Sequence record: OM386653.1
Strand: one strand, 5' to 3'
DNA from: Escherichia phage vB_EcoM_ESCO8
DNA length: 64,000 nt
The notes under the pieces were generated by a model. It ran no database searches. It was given only the letters and a program-made list of their open reading frames with translations, and had not been told where the DNA came from. This document shows, piece by piece, positions 28,762 through 39,044 of the stretch. Made by a program: the position numbers and the translations under genes. Within the stretch, counting starts at the first letter, position 1; every line of letters starts with the position of its first letter.

Positions 28762-31023
28762 GTGACTCAGTATCTAAGCAAATCTATCCGTTATGTAACA
28801 AAAACAAACGGCAAGAAAGAAGAATTTAATCCAGAAAAACTTCGTAAATGGTCAGAGTTTGCTGCTGGTAAATTAAATTGGTCTGAAATTGAACTTGAAG
28901 CTGTTAAACGTTGTTACGACGGTGTGCCTACTCGTGATTTACATAAAGCTATGATAGCAGCATGTATTGATAAGAAAGATCAGGCATATAGTGATATGGC
29001 AGGTCGGTTACTTCTTGGTATGATTTATAAACAGGCTCATGGGGGATATCACAATATCCCCTCCCTCCTGGATTTCTACAATATGTCTGTAAGTAAAGGC
29101 TATTGGGGAAAAATGGATTATACAGAAGAAGAAATTATTGAGATTGGTAAAATTGTCAATCACGATAAAAACCTAACTTATGGTTATTCCGTACTGCGCC
29201 AGATGGTTGATAAGTATCTTGTGAAAGATGCGATCAATGATGTGGTTTTTGAATCACCACAATTTTTATTCATTGGTGTAGCAATGAAGGTAATGGAAAT
29301 CCAACCAAAAGATCGCAGAGTAGAAGACATTAAACGTCTATATACCTACGTAAGTGATCTTAAGATTAATTTACCATCACCTTATTTAACAACTTTGCGT
29401 ACTAAGATTAAAGGTAGTGCTTCTTGTTGTCTGTTTAGAGCAGATGATACAGCAGAATCTTTAGCAATTGCTAACTATCTTGCTCATGAATATACATTGA
29501 ATAATGCAGGTATTGGTGTTAACCTCCAAACCCGTGCTACAGGACAAGGTGTTAAGAACAACCGTATCGTTCACGGTGGTCTTTTACCATATCTGAAATG
29601 GATGGAGACAAGTGTTGGAGCATCAAAACAAGCAAGCCGTGGTGGAAGTGCAACAGTAACGTTTACAATATTAGAACCTGATTTTGAAGATCTGGTACGT
29701 TTGAAAAACCCAACTACTGTTAGTGAAAAACGAGTAGATAAACTTGATTACTCTATTGTAGTAAACAATGCTTTCCTGCGACGTGCAGCAAAAGGTAAAG
29801 ATTGGATGCTAGTCAGTTATGACGAAGCACCAGAACTCTATGAGGCGCTTTATAAAAGCGAGGAAGAGTTTGAAGAAGTATATGAAAAAGTTAGTCGCAA
29901 ACGAATTAAGAAGAAGTTTGTAAAAGCACGAGATCTTCTGGCAGAAATTATTACACAAAGAGCAGAAACAGGACGTATTTATATGTTCTTTGCGGATAAT
30001 GCTAATAAGCATACTCCGTTTAAGGATGTTATTTACCAGTCAAACTTGTGCCAAGAAATTTTCTTACCTACGAAAGCATTTCACAATATGACTGATCTTT
30101 TCACAGGTGAGAATACAGAAGACCAAGAATTGGCATTATGCTTCCTGTCTTCTATTGTAGCTGGTCGTGTTACACCAGAAGAATATGAAGATGTTGCATA
30201 TTATACCGTTCTAACTATTGATAATGTGATTGAAACAATGCAGTATCCGTTTAAACATAACGAAATCACTGCTAAAGCACGTAGGTCTATCGGTGTAGGT
30301 ATTACAAACCTTGCACATTATCTGGCAAGTAATTTTGTTACTTATTCAGATCCTTACGGCAAAAAACTAATTCACGAATTAGCAGAAAGACATTATTATT
30401 GGTTAGCAAGAGCTTCTCTTCGTTTGGCAAAAGAGAAAGGTAATGCAGAATGGATGCATAAAACCAAATGGCCTGAAGGATGGTTGCCTATTGACACCTA
30501 CGCTAAAGCTGTAGATGATATTGGCAATTTTAAACTTAAAATGGATTGGGAAGGTTTACGACAAGATATCATTGCACAAGGCGGTATCCGAAATAGTGTA
30601 TTAGCAGCTATTGCTCCGAATGAGTCCAGTAGTCTTGTAAGTAATACGACTAACTCTGTGTATCCTGTACGTGATACTATAGTTTATAAACAAAGCCAAA
30701 AAGGTAATGTTCTGTTTATTGTGCCAGATTACGATAAACTAAAAGATATTTACCAATCGGCTTGGGATACGCCAGATAAAGATATGGCTGAAGCATATGG
30801 ACTGTTGACTAAATTCTTAGATCAAGGTGCATCATGTGATAAGTGGATTGACTATTCTAAGATGGAAGGTGGTCGTTTATCCATTAAATCAGAAATGCAA
30901 TATATCCTTCAGTTTGCAAAACTTGGTGGTAAATCTTTGTACTACCTAAACAGCAGAACAAAATCGGCAACCTCACTCGCTCAAGAGGATGAAGAATCCG
31001 GTTGTGAGGCTTGTAAGATGTAA
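28762..31023 (+). CDS. nrdA: Ribonucleotide reductase class Ia large subunit
   Basis: 753 aa; C-terminal CxxC redox pair; adjacent nrdB. Confidence 0.8.
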   Translation: MTQYLSKSIRYVTKTNGKKEEFNPEKLRKWSEFAAGKLNWSEIELEAVKRCYDGVPTRDLHKAMIAACIDKKDQAYSDMAGRLLLGMIYKQAHGGYHNIPSLLDFYNMSVSKGYWGKMDYTEEEIIEIGKIVNHDKNLTYGYSVLRQMVDKYLVKDAINDVVFESPQFLFIGVAMKVMEIQPKDRRVEDIKRLYTYVSDLKINLPSPYLTTLRTKIKGSASCCLFRADDTAESLAIANYLAHEYTLNNAGIGVNLQTRATGQGVKNNRIVHGGLLPYLKWMETSVGASKQASRGGSATVTFTILEPDFEDLVRLKNPTTVSEKRVDKLDYSIVVNNAFLRRAAKGKDWMLVSYDEAPELYEALYKSEEEFEEVYEKVSRKRIKKKFVKARDLLAEIITQRAETGRIYMFFADNANKHTPFKDVIYQSNLCQEIFLPTKAFHNMTDLFTGENTEDQELALCFLSSIVAGRVTPEEYEDVAYYTVLTIDNVIETMQYPFKHNEITAKARRSIGVGITNLAHYLASNFVTYSDPYGKKLIHELAERHYYWLARASLRLAKEKGNAEWMHKTKWPEGWLPIDTYAKAVDDIGNFKLKMDWEGLRQDIIAQGGIRNSVLAAIAPNESSSLVSNTTNSVYPVRDTIVYKQSQKGNVLFIVPDYDKLKDIYQSAWDTPDKDMAEAYGLLTKFLDQGASCDKWIDYSKMEGGRLSIKSEMQYILQFAKLGGKSLYYLNSRTKSATSLAQEDEESGCEACKM

Positions 31024-31029
31024 TGAAAC

Positions 31030-31053
31030 TAGGGGGCTTTGTCCCCCTTTCTT
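31030..31053 (+). terminator. Rho-independent terminator (GGGGG-CTTTGT-CCCCC + TTTCTT)
   Basis: Stem-loop just after nrdA stop. Confidence 0.6.
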
Positions 31054-31063
31054 AAGGAGGAAT

Positions 31064-31399
31064 ATGCCTACATTAGTTGTATTACCTGGAGCAACACCAC
31101 AAAGACGCTGGGGAAATTATACACTGGTAGATAGTAAAGATTTTACATTCGATTGGTGTTGTCATTATATTGCAGGTTTTCAATTTTCCAGTGTTGAAAT
31201 ATGGGCTTCCAATGATCCCGAAGCTACCTGGTATGCTTTAACCAGGGCAAGATATGAGGGAGAAGTTACTGTACTACTCACAAAGAGTGTATGGAACGCA
31301 TTAGAGAAGGCTTACATAGAGAATGGTATGGAGAGAGAACACATTGATACAATAAAAGCAATGTGTGATATTGTGGAGGATTTAAATGGCAGCAATTAA
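31064..31399 (+). CDS. Hypothetical protein between nrdA and nrdB
   Basis: ORF track 30989..31399 trimmed to ATG after AAGGAGG RBS. Confidence 0.45.
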   Translation: MPTLVVLPGATPQRRWGNYTLVDSKDFTFDWCCHYIAGFQFSSVEIWASNDPEATWYALTRARYEGEVTVLLTKSVWNALEKAYIENGMEREHIDTIKAMCDIVEDLNGSN

Positions 31400-32471
31400 T
31401 TTATACAACGACACTTACAAAGAAGGTTTCTACCCTGTATTTTTGGGAGAACAGTTAGGTATTTTTGATTCTATTAACGTAACATACCCAGAAATGCATC
31501 GTCTGTACAAACTACAAAAACAGCAAGATTGGGATGAAAACGAAGTAAACTTAGATCAGACACGAAAAGATTTCGTAGCTTGTTCTAAAAGCAACTATGA
31601 TGTTATGATCAAAAACCTATCTTTCCAATGGGAAAATGATTCACTTGCTAAATCAATCATCACTTTGTTTGCACCATTTTTAAGCAACAACGAAGCATGT
31701 GCAATGATGATGAAGCAATCAGAAATGGAAGTTTTACACGCTTTGACATATTCTGAAATTATTCGTCAGTGTATCCCTAATCCAAATGAAGTTATCGATC
31801 AGATCATGGAGAATGAAAGAATCTTCCAGAGGATGGGTATAGTTGAAGAGATAATGAGTGATCTGGCAGAGGCAGGACATAAATATGCTCTAGGTCTGAT
31901 TGAGAAGGATGATAACCTTCGTCTACTGATCCTGAAAGGAATGATTGCACTTATCGGTCTGGAAGGTATTCAGTTCATCTCCTCTTTTGCTGCAACATTT
32001 GCCTTAGCAGAGCAGCAATTGTTTGTAGGTGCAGCTAAACTCATTCAAAAAATTATGTTGGATGAACTATTGCACGTTAAAATGGATTATGCTATTATTG
32101 ATGCACTGCTGAAAGATCCTGTTTGGAGAAAAGTATACGAAGACAATATCGACGTTCTGACAGAAATTCTTGATACGGTAGTTGGACAAGAGGAAGATTG
32201 GTGTGACTATCTGTTTAGTGAAGGAAGGGTTATCGTTGGTGGTAACGCAGAGTTGTTCAAACTTTGGGTTTACTTCAATGCCGCGCCTATCTATCGCAGA
32301 CTGAAAATGAAACACAAATTCCGTGCACCGAAGAAAAGTCCACTGCCTTGGATGGATGTTTGGTTAAATCCAGATCAAATTCAAGCAGCAGCACAGGAGA
32401 TCCAAATTACAGCTTACAAACTGAATTCAGCAAATAAAGATGTAAGTGACGACGAGGAGTTAGATTTTTAA
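31386..32471 (+). CDS. nrdB: Ribonucleotide reductase class Ia small subunit
   Basis: 361 aa; Glu/His helix motifs typical of the di-iron site. Confidence 0.8.
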   Translation: MAAINLYNDTYKEGFYPVFLGEQLGIFDSINVTYPEMHRLYKLQKQQDWDENEVNLDQTRKDFVACSKSNYDVMIKNLSFQWENDSLAKSIITLFAPFLSNNEACAMMMKQSEMEVLHALTYSEIIRQCIPNPNEVIDQIMENERIFQRMGIVEEIMSDLAEAGHKYALGLIEKDDNLRLLILKGMIALIGLEGIQFISSFAATFALAEQQLFVGAAKLIQKIMLDELLHVKMDYAIIDALLKDPVWRKVYEDNIDVLTEILDTVVGQEEDWCDYLFSEGRVIVGGNAELFKLWVYFNAAPIYRRLKMKHKFRAPKKSPLPWMDVWLNPDQIQAAAQEIQITAYKLNSANKDVSDDEELDF

Positions 32472-32689
32472 TGAAACTACTTTGTGTTGGATTAATTTCT
32501 GACTTCAAAGACGTTTTCGAAAAGGGAGCCTCTTACGAGGCTTCCGAATTGCAGAATGGTTTCTGTGATGTTTACGGTAAACGTTTAAAAAAGAATGGTG
32601 ATCATTGGCTAGGAGTTCTGTCTTGCGGTCATATTATAGTTAATGGTGTAGCCAAGTTTGAAATTATCAAAGGAGAAAAAGATGATTGA
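32471..32689 (+). CDS. Hypothetical protein
   Basis: ORF track. Confidence 0.4.
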   Translation: MKLLCVGLISDFKDVFEKGASYEASELQNGFCDVYGKRLKKNGDHWLGVLSCGHIIVNGVAKFEIIKGEKDD

Positions 32690-32864
32690 TTTTGTTGATG
32701 TAGATATTAATTCTGACTTAACAGAAGATGAAGGTGGCGCTTTTGTGTGTTCAGATGGGGAAAAATGTTTTACTCTGATGGTAGAAACTTATGATGGTAT
32801 CACAGAAATTCTGTTAACAGAGAATGAGTTAAAACAGATGTTAGAAAAGATTGAGGAGCTTTAA
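32658..32864 (+). CDS. Hypothetical acidic protein
   Basis: ORF track. Confidence 0.4.
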   Translation: MKLSKEKKMIDFVDVDINSDLTEDEGGAFVCSDGEKCFTLMVETYDGITEILLTENELKQMLEKIEEL

Positions 32865-33002
32865 TAATGGATGATGTAAGTATTTGTCCTATCTGCGGGG
32901 GTACTGGGAATTTTATTGTTAGTATGGAACAATTTATTCCTTGTTGGAATTGTAACGGCTTAGGTTTCGTTCATACAGAAGAAAAAGAAGAGGAGGAAGA
33001 TA

Positions 33003-33329
33003 GTGGGGGTTGATATTGCATGGCGTATGTTACAGGGTGCACCTTTTAATAAATGGGAAGAGGCTGTAGGAGAAGATCCTAGAATTGAAGAAGAATTTGA
33101 TGGAGATTTTAATTGGTTCTTACAAGAAGGTCTTGATTTAAGCCGTATCTCTCCTTTCTATGATGCTGATGAATCTTATTGCATATATGGCATTTATTTA
33201 GAAGGTGGCGAAGGAAGTATAGCTGTAGATCTTGAGCAACTAAATAAGAATGCAAAAGAAGCCTACGCACAACTTCTTGAAAAATATAACATTGAAACGG
33301 AAACTATTATTTCTCAACACGTTTGGTAA
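33003..33329 (+). CDS. Hypothetical protein (GTG start)
   Basis: ORF track. Confidence 0.4.
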   Translation: MGVDIAWRMLQGAPFNKWEEAVGEDPRIEEEFDGDFNWFLQEGLDLSRISPFYDADESYCIYGIYLEGGEGSIAVDLEQLNKNAKEAYAQLLEKYNIETETIISQHVW

Positions 33330-33342
33330 GGAGGATAGTAGA

Positions 33343-33540
33343 ATGATGCTAGATCAACTGATCAATACTCCTCGCGTAACAGTAAGTCCAAAAACATTTG
33401 CATCACTTTTAGAAGATGCTAGAGAGGTTTATAACTTTACTGAAGAAGAGATTCCTGTTCCTGTTGAAAAAGGTTCCAGATGGTTGTTTTATGAAGGTAT
33501 TATTTTTACTGAAGGGAATAATTGGAAGGAGACTAAATGA
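33343..33540 (+). CDS. Hypothetical protein
   Basis: ORF track 33250..33540 trimmed to ATG after AGGAGG RBS. Confidence 0.4.
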   Translation: MMLDQLINTPRVTVSPKTFASLLEDAREVYNFTEEEIPVPVEKGSRWLFYEGIIFTEGNNWKETK

Positions 33541-34526
33541 AATACTTAGTAACAGGTGGTTTAGGCTTTATTGGAAGTGCAGTAGTTCGTTTCCTGGCTA
33601 AAAATACTAAGAATGATATTTACGTTATAGATAAATGGGGTTACGCTTCAGACCCTAGAAATTTATCAGAAACACCTAATGTAAAGTTTTGTCGTGTTGA
33701 CTTGACAAATGCGCAGTTAACTGCTAAGATTGTGGCAGATGTTAATCCAGATTATATAATGCATCTTGCAGCAGAGAGTCACGTAGATAATTCAATAGCA
33801 TCACCGAGTGTTTTTATAAATTCAAATATTGTTGGAACATTTAATCTTCTAGAGGCTGTTCGTTTAATGGGAGATAAATCAAATCTTAAAATGTTCCATC
33901 ATATTTCAACAGATGAAGTGTATGGTGATATGGAAGAAGGGGATTATCCGTTTACAGAACAGAATCCTTATAAACCAAGTAGTCCATATGCTGCATCTAA
34001 AGCTGCAAGCGATCATTTGGTAAGAGCATGGCATCGTACTTATGGTATTCCGACAGTTATAACAAATTGTTCAAATAATTTTGGAGCATATCATCATCCA
34101 GAAAAACTAATACCTAAAACGATAACAAATATCTTGATGCATAAACCAATCCCTGTTTATGGCAATGGTCTTCAAGTAAGAGATTGGTTATACGTTGACG
34201 ATCACGCAGAAGCATTACACCTAGTAGTAACTAAAGGCAAATCTGGAGAAACATATAATATTGGGAGCAGAAACCCTAGAACTAATATTGATGTAATCTA
34301 TATGATTTGTGATTATATGGATGCGGTGTATCCATCTGAAACAGATGCTTGTAGCCTCATTGAAATGGTTACAGATAGACCTGGACATGATTTAAGATAC
34401 GAAGTGAATCCTTATAAGATTGAAAAGGAATTAGGGTGGAAAGCTAAAGGCATATTTGAAGAAAAACTTTATTCAACCATTGATTGGTATGTAGATAACA
34501 AAGAGTGGTGGGAAAATAAAGTTTAA
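33537..34526 (+). CDS. rfbB: dTDP-glucose 4,6-dehydratase
   Basis: N-terminal TGGLGFIGS Rossmann motif; 329 aa. Confidence 0.75.
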   Translation: MKYLVTGGLGFIGSAVVRFLAKNTKNDIYVIDKWGYASDPRNLSETPNVKFCRVDLTNAQLTAKIVADVNPDYIMHLAAESHVDNSIASPSVFINSNIVGTFNLLEAVRLMGDKSNLKMFHHISTDEVYGDMEEGDYPFTEQNPYKPSSPYAASKAASDHLVRAWHRTYGIPTVITNCSNNFGAYHHPEKLIPKTITNILMHKPIPVYGNGLQVRDWLYVDDHAEALHLVVTKGKSGETYNIGSRNPRTNIDVIYMICDYMDAVYPSETDACSLIEMVTDRPGHDLRYEVNPYKIEKELGWKAKGIFEEKLYSTIDWYVDNKEWWENKV

Positions 34527-34534
34527 GGAGGAGT

Positions 34535-35404
34535 ATGAAAGGTATTATCTTAGCAGGTGGTAGTGGAACAAGACTTTACCCAGTTACTAAAGGGGTTAGT
34601 AAACAACTATTACCAATTTATGATAAGCCTATGATTTATTATCCACTCTCTGTCCTAATGCTTTCTGGAATTAGGGAAATACTAATAATTACAACACCAG
34701 AAGATCAAATTAATTTTGTAAATCTTCTAGGTGATGGTTCTTCTTTTGGTATTTCCCTACAGTATGCAATACAGGATAGCCCAAGAGGTTTAGCAGAAGC
34801 GTTTATTATTGGTGAGAACTTTATTGGTGAAGATTCTGTAGCACTTGTGCTAGGTGATAATTTATTCTTTGGTCAGAGTTTTGGTAGCATTTTAGATTCT
34901 GCTAAAGAACATATTGAAAAGAATGGTGGAGCTAATATTTTTGGGTATCACGTAAATGATCCTGAAAGATTTGGTGTTGTTGAGTTTGATTCTGAAGGTA
35001 CAGTGGTGAGTATTGAAGAAAAACCAAAAGCACCAAAAAGCAACTATGCAATCACAGGCTTGTACTTTTACGATAATTCTGTTGTACAGAAAGCTAAAAG
35101 CGTTAAACCTTCTGCTAGAGGGGAGTTAGAGATTACAGATATAAATGAGATGTACTGGAAAGAAAAGGCTTTACGTGTCTGTAAACTAGGAAGAGGTTTC
35201 ACTTGGCTGGATACAGGAACACATGAAAGTCTTATGGAAGCATCTCAATTTGTTCATGCAATAGAAAAGCAACAAGGTATGAAGGTTGCATGCCTGGAAG
35301 AGATTGCTTTTAAAAATGAATGGATTACTTTAGACTCTGTAAAAAGTTCTGGAGAGGTTTTAAGTAAAACAGACTACGGTAAGTATTTACTTAAATTAAA
35401 ATAA
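34535..35404 (+). CDS. rfbA: Glucose-1-phosphate thymidylyltransferase
   Basis: N-terminal [14 protein letters not shown]. Confidence 0.8.
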   Translation: MKGIILAGGSGTRLYPVTKGVSKQLLPIYDKPMIYYPLSVLMLSGIREILIITTPEDQINFVNLLGDGSSFGISLQYAIQDSPRGLAEAFIIGENFIGEDSVALVLGDNLFFGQSFGSILDSAKEHIEKNGGANIFGYHVNDPERFGVVEFDSEGTVVSIEEKPKAPKSNYAITGLYFYDNSVVQKAKSVKPSARGELEITDINEMYWKEKALRVCKLGRGFTWLDTGTHESLMEASQFVHAIEKQQGMKVACLEEIAFKNEWITLDSVKSSGEVLSKTDYGKYLLKLK

Positions 35405-35416
35405 AGGGGGAATTAA

Positions 35417-35971
35417 ATGATTCAAGCAACAAAAATCGAAGATTTGTTGATCATTCAACCTGACGTTTACGGAGATGAACGTGGTTTTTTCTTAGAAAGT
35501 TTTAATCAGGCTTTATATGATCAATACATAGGTAAACAAAACTTTGTCCAAGATAACCATTCACGTTCTATTCGAGGAGTTCTACGTGGGCTTCATTTTC
35601 AAAAGAAAAACCCACAAGGGAAGTTAGTACGTTGTGTTCGTGGTGAAGTTTATGATGTTGCTGTAGATATTAGGGTTGGTAGTCCAACATTTGGAGAATG
35701 GGTAGGTGTTCTCTTATCTGAAAAGAATAAAACACAATTTTGGATTCCTCCTGGTTTCGCTCATGGCTTTGTTGTGATTAGTGACATTGCTGATTTTGAA
35801 TATAAATGTACAGAATATTACGATCCGACTTCAGAGTGTAGTCTTGCGTGGAATGATCCAGATATCAATATTGATTGGGGTTTTGATTTAATCTTTAATG
35901 ATATTAATTTTAAACCTATCTTGTCACAAAAAGATCAGCAAGCCAAAACACTAAAGGAGATCATATTTTGA
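35417..35971 (+). CDS. rfbC: dTDP-4-dehydrorhamnose 3,5-epimerase
   Basis: Cupin motifs; 184 aa. Confidence 0.7.
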   Translation: MIQATKIEDLLIIQPDVYGDERGFFLESFNQALYDQYIGKQNFVQDNHSRSIRGVLRGLHFQKKNPQGKLVRCVRGEVYDVAVDIRVGSPTFGEWVGVLLSEKNKTQFWIPPGFAHGFVVISDIADFEYKCTEYYDPTSECSLAWNDPDINIDWGFDLIFNDINFKPILSQKDQQAKTLKEIIF

Positions 35972-36798
35972 CAAAATTTTTAATCTTTGGTTCAAAAGGT
36001 CAATTAGGACAGTCTTTGGCAAAAGTTGCGCCCGAAGATGTTATTTTGATTGAAGCAAGTGATGTAGACATTACCAACTTTAAAGATGTTATGAATAGTC
36101 TTGTACAGCATGTGCCTGATGTTGTTGTGAATTGTGCGGCTTACACGGCAGTAGATAAAGCTGAAGAAGATGTTAACACCTGTATAAATGTTAATGCATA
36201 CGGTGCAACAAACATTGCCAAAGCATGTAATGATTTACTGATACAGTTTGTACATATTTCAACAGACTATGTTTTTGATGGGCATGTTGCTGGCACAGAA
36301 GATAGTAAAACAAACCCCTTGAACACCTACGGTTACAGTAAACAATTAGGTGAAACTTTAGTACAAACAGTTTGTCCTACAGCACTTATTATCAGAACAG
36401 CTTCTGTTTATAGTGAATTTGGACATAACTTTTTGAAAACTATGTTGGAACGCTACAACGGTGGTCAAAAAGAATTTAATGTAGTATGTGATCATTTGTC
36501 ATGTCCTACTTATGCACCTGATCTTGCAGAAACAATTTTTAAACTTGTAAAAGATGGTGTAAATAGTAAAGTTGTACACTATGCAGGTGCAGATTATATT
36601 TCTTGGTATGATTTTGCACGAAAGATATTTCTTGTTATAGATTTATCTGTTACAGTTAATCCTGTATCTGCTTCAACCTATAATTCCAAAGCAGTCAGAC
36701 CAGCAACATCTTATTTAAAAACAGATCCTACTTTAAATCCGCGAAGTGTTGATAGCGGTATTGTAAGAACTTTAACTATACTTTTAAACAAGGAGTGA
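35968..36798 (+). CDS. rfbD: dTDP-4-dehydrorhamnose reductase
   Basis: N-terminal IFGSKGQLG Rossmann motif; 276 aa; follows rfbC. Confidence 0.7.
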   Translation: MTKFLIFGSKGQLGQSLAKVAPEDVILIEASDVDITNFKDVMNSLVQHVPDVVVNCAAYTAVDKAEEDVNTCINVNAYGATNIAKACNDLLIQFVHISTDYVFDGHVAGTEDSKTNPLNTYGYSKQLGETLVQTVCPTALIIRTASVYSEFGHNFLKTMLERYNGGQKEFNVVCDHLSCPTYAPDLAETIFKLVKDGVNSKVVHYAGADYISWYDFARKIFLVIDLSVTVNPVSASTYNSKAVRPATSYLKTDPTLNPRSVDSGIVRTLTILLNKE

Positions 36799-37061
36799 AA
36801 ATGAATTTTATTATCTACGGTAAACCAAATTGTCCTTTCTGCACTAACGCTAAGATTCTACTAGAACAGCGTGAACAGGATTTTAAATATCTTACCTTAG
36901 ATGAAGACTATTCTTTAGATCAGATTCAGAATCTGGTTTTAGAGAAAACAGGTGTTCTACCACGCACATTTCCTCAGATTTTTGTGGAAGATGGTGAACA
37001 GCTAACCCACGTAGGAGGTTTTTCTGAACTACGTGAATTCATGGCTCAGATTGCGGAGTAA
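36795..37061 (+). CDS. Glutaredoxin-like protein
   Basis: CPFC active site near N-terminus. Confidence 0.7.
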   Translation: MKMNFIIYGKPNCPFCTNAKILLEQREQDFKYLTLDEDYSLDQIQNLVLEKTGVLPRTFPQIFVEDGEQLTHVGGFSELREFMAQIAE

Positions 37062-37065
37062 CAAT

Positions 37066-37209
37066 ATGAAAGGTAAACAGAAACGTAAGATCTTTTCTCG
37101 TGCTTTGGCAACAGAGCTTAAGTCCCAAACTAAAAAGACGAAGCCTAAACGTGAAATGTCTCCTGAACACCTACTGTTTCAAGAGCTAGATCATGGGGAG
37201 GGCGACTGA
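37066..37209 (+). CDS. Small basic hypothetical protein (47 aa)
   Basis: Hand translation; lysine-rich. Confidence 0.3.
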   Translation: MKGKQKRKIFSRALATELKSQTKKTKPKREMSPEHLLFQELDHGEGD

Positions 37210-37221
37210 TATAAGGAAAAC

Positions 37222-37722
37222 ATGGCTAAAGTAGTTGATGTGTTTGATATGTTACGTTTTGATGAAGGACTAAAGCTAACTGTATATCCTGATACCGAAG
37301 GGTATTGGACAGTTGGTATTGGACACCTTCTGACAAAACTCAAAGATAAAGCAGAAGCTATACGCATTCTTGATAACTTAGTAGGTAGAAAAACCAATGG
37401 AGTTATTACTGAAGCGGAAGCTAGAAAAATCTTTGAGAGTGACGTAAAGAAAGCGATACAACAAATCCATTCAAGTACCATACTATCTCCTATTTACGAT
37501 AAAGTAAGTCCTAATCGTAAAATGGCTATTATTAATATGGTATTTCAAATGGGGTTGAAAGGTGCAGAATCTTTCAAAAATAGCTTGACTTTAGTGAGTA
37601 ATTCATATTATACTCAAGCCTCTATAAATTTACGTAAAAGTAAATGGTATCGCCAAACGCCTAATCGCGCAGAGCGTGTAATTCAGGTACTTAAAACTGG
37701 AACATTAGACGCTTATAACTAA
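37222..37722 (+). CDS. Endolysin, T4-lysozyme-like
   Basis: Close match to T4 lysozyme along its length. Confidence 0.85.
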   Translation: MAKVVDVFDMLRFDEGLKLTVYPDTEGYWTVGIGHLLTKLKDKAEAIRILDNLVGRKTNGVITEAEARKIFESDVKKAIQQIHSSTILSPIYDKVSPNRKMAIINMVFQMGLKGAESFKNSLTLVSNSYYTQASINLRKSKWYRQTPNRAERVIQVLKTGTLDAYN

Positions 37723-37748
37723 ACAAAGGGGCGAAAGCCCCTTTTATA
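37723..37748 (+). terminator. Rho-independent terminator (GGGGC-GAAA-GCCCC + TTTTAT)
   Basis: Stem-loop after endolysin stop. Confidence 0.7.
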
Positions 37749-37760
37749 AGGAGTGCAAAC

Positions 37761-38513
37761 ATGGGAAACAAAACCGCAAAGGCTCGTCGTCAATCAGCAG
37801 CCAATGATGACAAACGTGCCAGTCGTTATGCGGCTAAAGCAGTAGGAAATGATGATTACCGTCTTGATGAATTTACCCCTGTTGGGAATCAAGAAGCTAT
37901 TGTAAGAAGCATGGTTTGGAATGATTTAACCATTGTTAATGCCCCAGCAGGAACAGGAAAAACGACAACAGCACTATGGAAAGCATTGCAAATGCTTAAA
38001 GCTGGTGACTTCAGAAAGTTGATTTTCCTTAAAAACCCGACAGAAGTAGGTGATGATCAAATTGGTTTCTTATCTGGAGATAAGACTGATAAACTAGCAG
38101 CACACTACGAATCAACTAAAAGAATTTTCCAACAGTTTATGACTGCAAATAAATTGGAAAACGATATTGCAAGTGGCAAAATTGAACTTAATATTCCAAA
38201 CTATGCACTAGGTGCTACGTGGGATAACAGCATTATTCTTATTGATGAAGTTCAACTTATGTCACCAAATACAGTAAAACTTCTCCTTGAGCGAGCAGGT
38301 CTTAATACACGTATTGTCATTATGGGTGATGTTAATCAAACATATGCAATTAAACGAAGAGCTAACGGGTTAGGTGATTTGTTAGATCGTGTTGTTCCTA
38401 TTAATGAAGAAGGAGAAAGGGAAGCTATTGTGGATTTTATTGGTTATGTTGAAATGACAACTGCTGATAACCAACGTTCCCGTTTGTCTCAGTTCATCAC
38501 GGAAGTATATTAA
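37761..38513 (+). CDS. phoH: PhoH-like ATPase
   Basis: Walker A NAPAGTGKTT; 250 aa. Confidence 0.7.
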   Translation: MGNKTAKARRQSAANDDKRASRYAAKAVGNDDYRLDEFTPVGNQEAIVRSMVWNDLTIVNAPAGTGKTTTALWKALQMLKAGDFRKLIFLKNPTEVGDDQIGFLSGDKTDKLAAHYESTKRIFQQFMTANKLENDIASGKIELNIPNYALGATWDNSIILIDEVQLMSPNTVKLLLERAGLNTRIVIMGDVNQTYAIKRRANGLGDLLDRVVPINEEGEREAIVDFIGYVEMTTADNQRSRLSQFITEVY

Positions 38514-38549
38514 TAATTACAAGGCAAGGATGCCTGTTATGGAGGTTAA

Positions 38550-39044
38550 ATGACGCTAATTGAGATTGATCGCAATGGTATTGATGAATGCTATCAAGCT
38601 GGCTTAGTTAAGCCGAATGAGTTTAGACAGATTTATATTGACAAGATTGAAAAAGAAATATCTCTTCGTTTAGAGAACATGACAACTTTGCAAAAAGTTC
38701 AGATGTTTTTTAGTTGGTTAAAAGGCGAGGATTGGCTAACTAAATATTACCAGGAATTATCTGATAGTCAAGAAGGCTTGTTTGAGTGTATAATAAATAT
38801 AGCTGGGTCTAATTCAGAATTACTCCTGATTGATGAAGAAGATTCTAAACTTCTTTTTCTTAGCAGTATCTTTCACAAGAAATCTATGTTAGTAAGAAAT
38901 TGCAGTGATTTACTAAATCATCCACTAACAAGAACTAATAAAATTCTTGTGGATAAAGAAACACTAAGAGCTATTGATTACCTCCGTAAATATGTAAGCG
39001 GTGGTAAAGCAGTCCTTAAAACACTACAGGAGGAAGTACAATGA
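38550..39044 (+). CDS. Hypothetical protein
   Basis: ORF track. Confidence 0.45.
   Translation: MTLIEIDRNGIDECYQAGLVKPNEFRQIYIDKIEKEISLRLENMTTLQKVQMFFSWLKGEDWLTKYYQELSDSQEGLFECIINIAGSNSELLLIDEEDSKLLFLSSIFHKKSMLVRNCSDLLNHPLTRTNKILVDKETLRAIDYLRKYVSGGKAVLKTLQEEVQ

Noticed and set aside
32880-33012. Reading frame encoding CPICGGTG...CWNCNGLG (DnaJ-type CxxCxGxG repeats)
   Set aside because: The frame has no ATG/GTG/TTG start before the first motif (a stop at 32876-32878 precedes it); the only in-frame ATG gives a 29-aa fragment. Either a decayed gene or coincidence.
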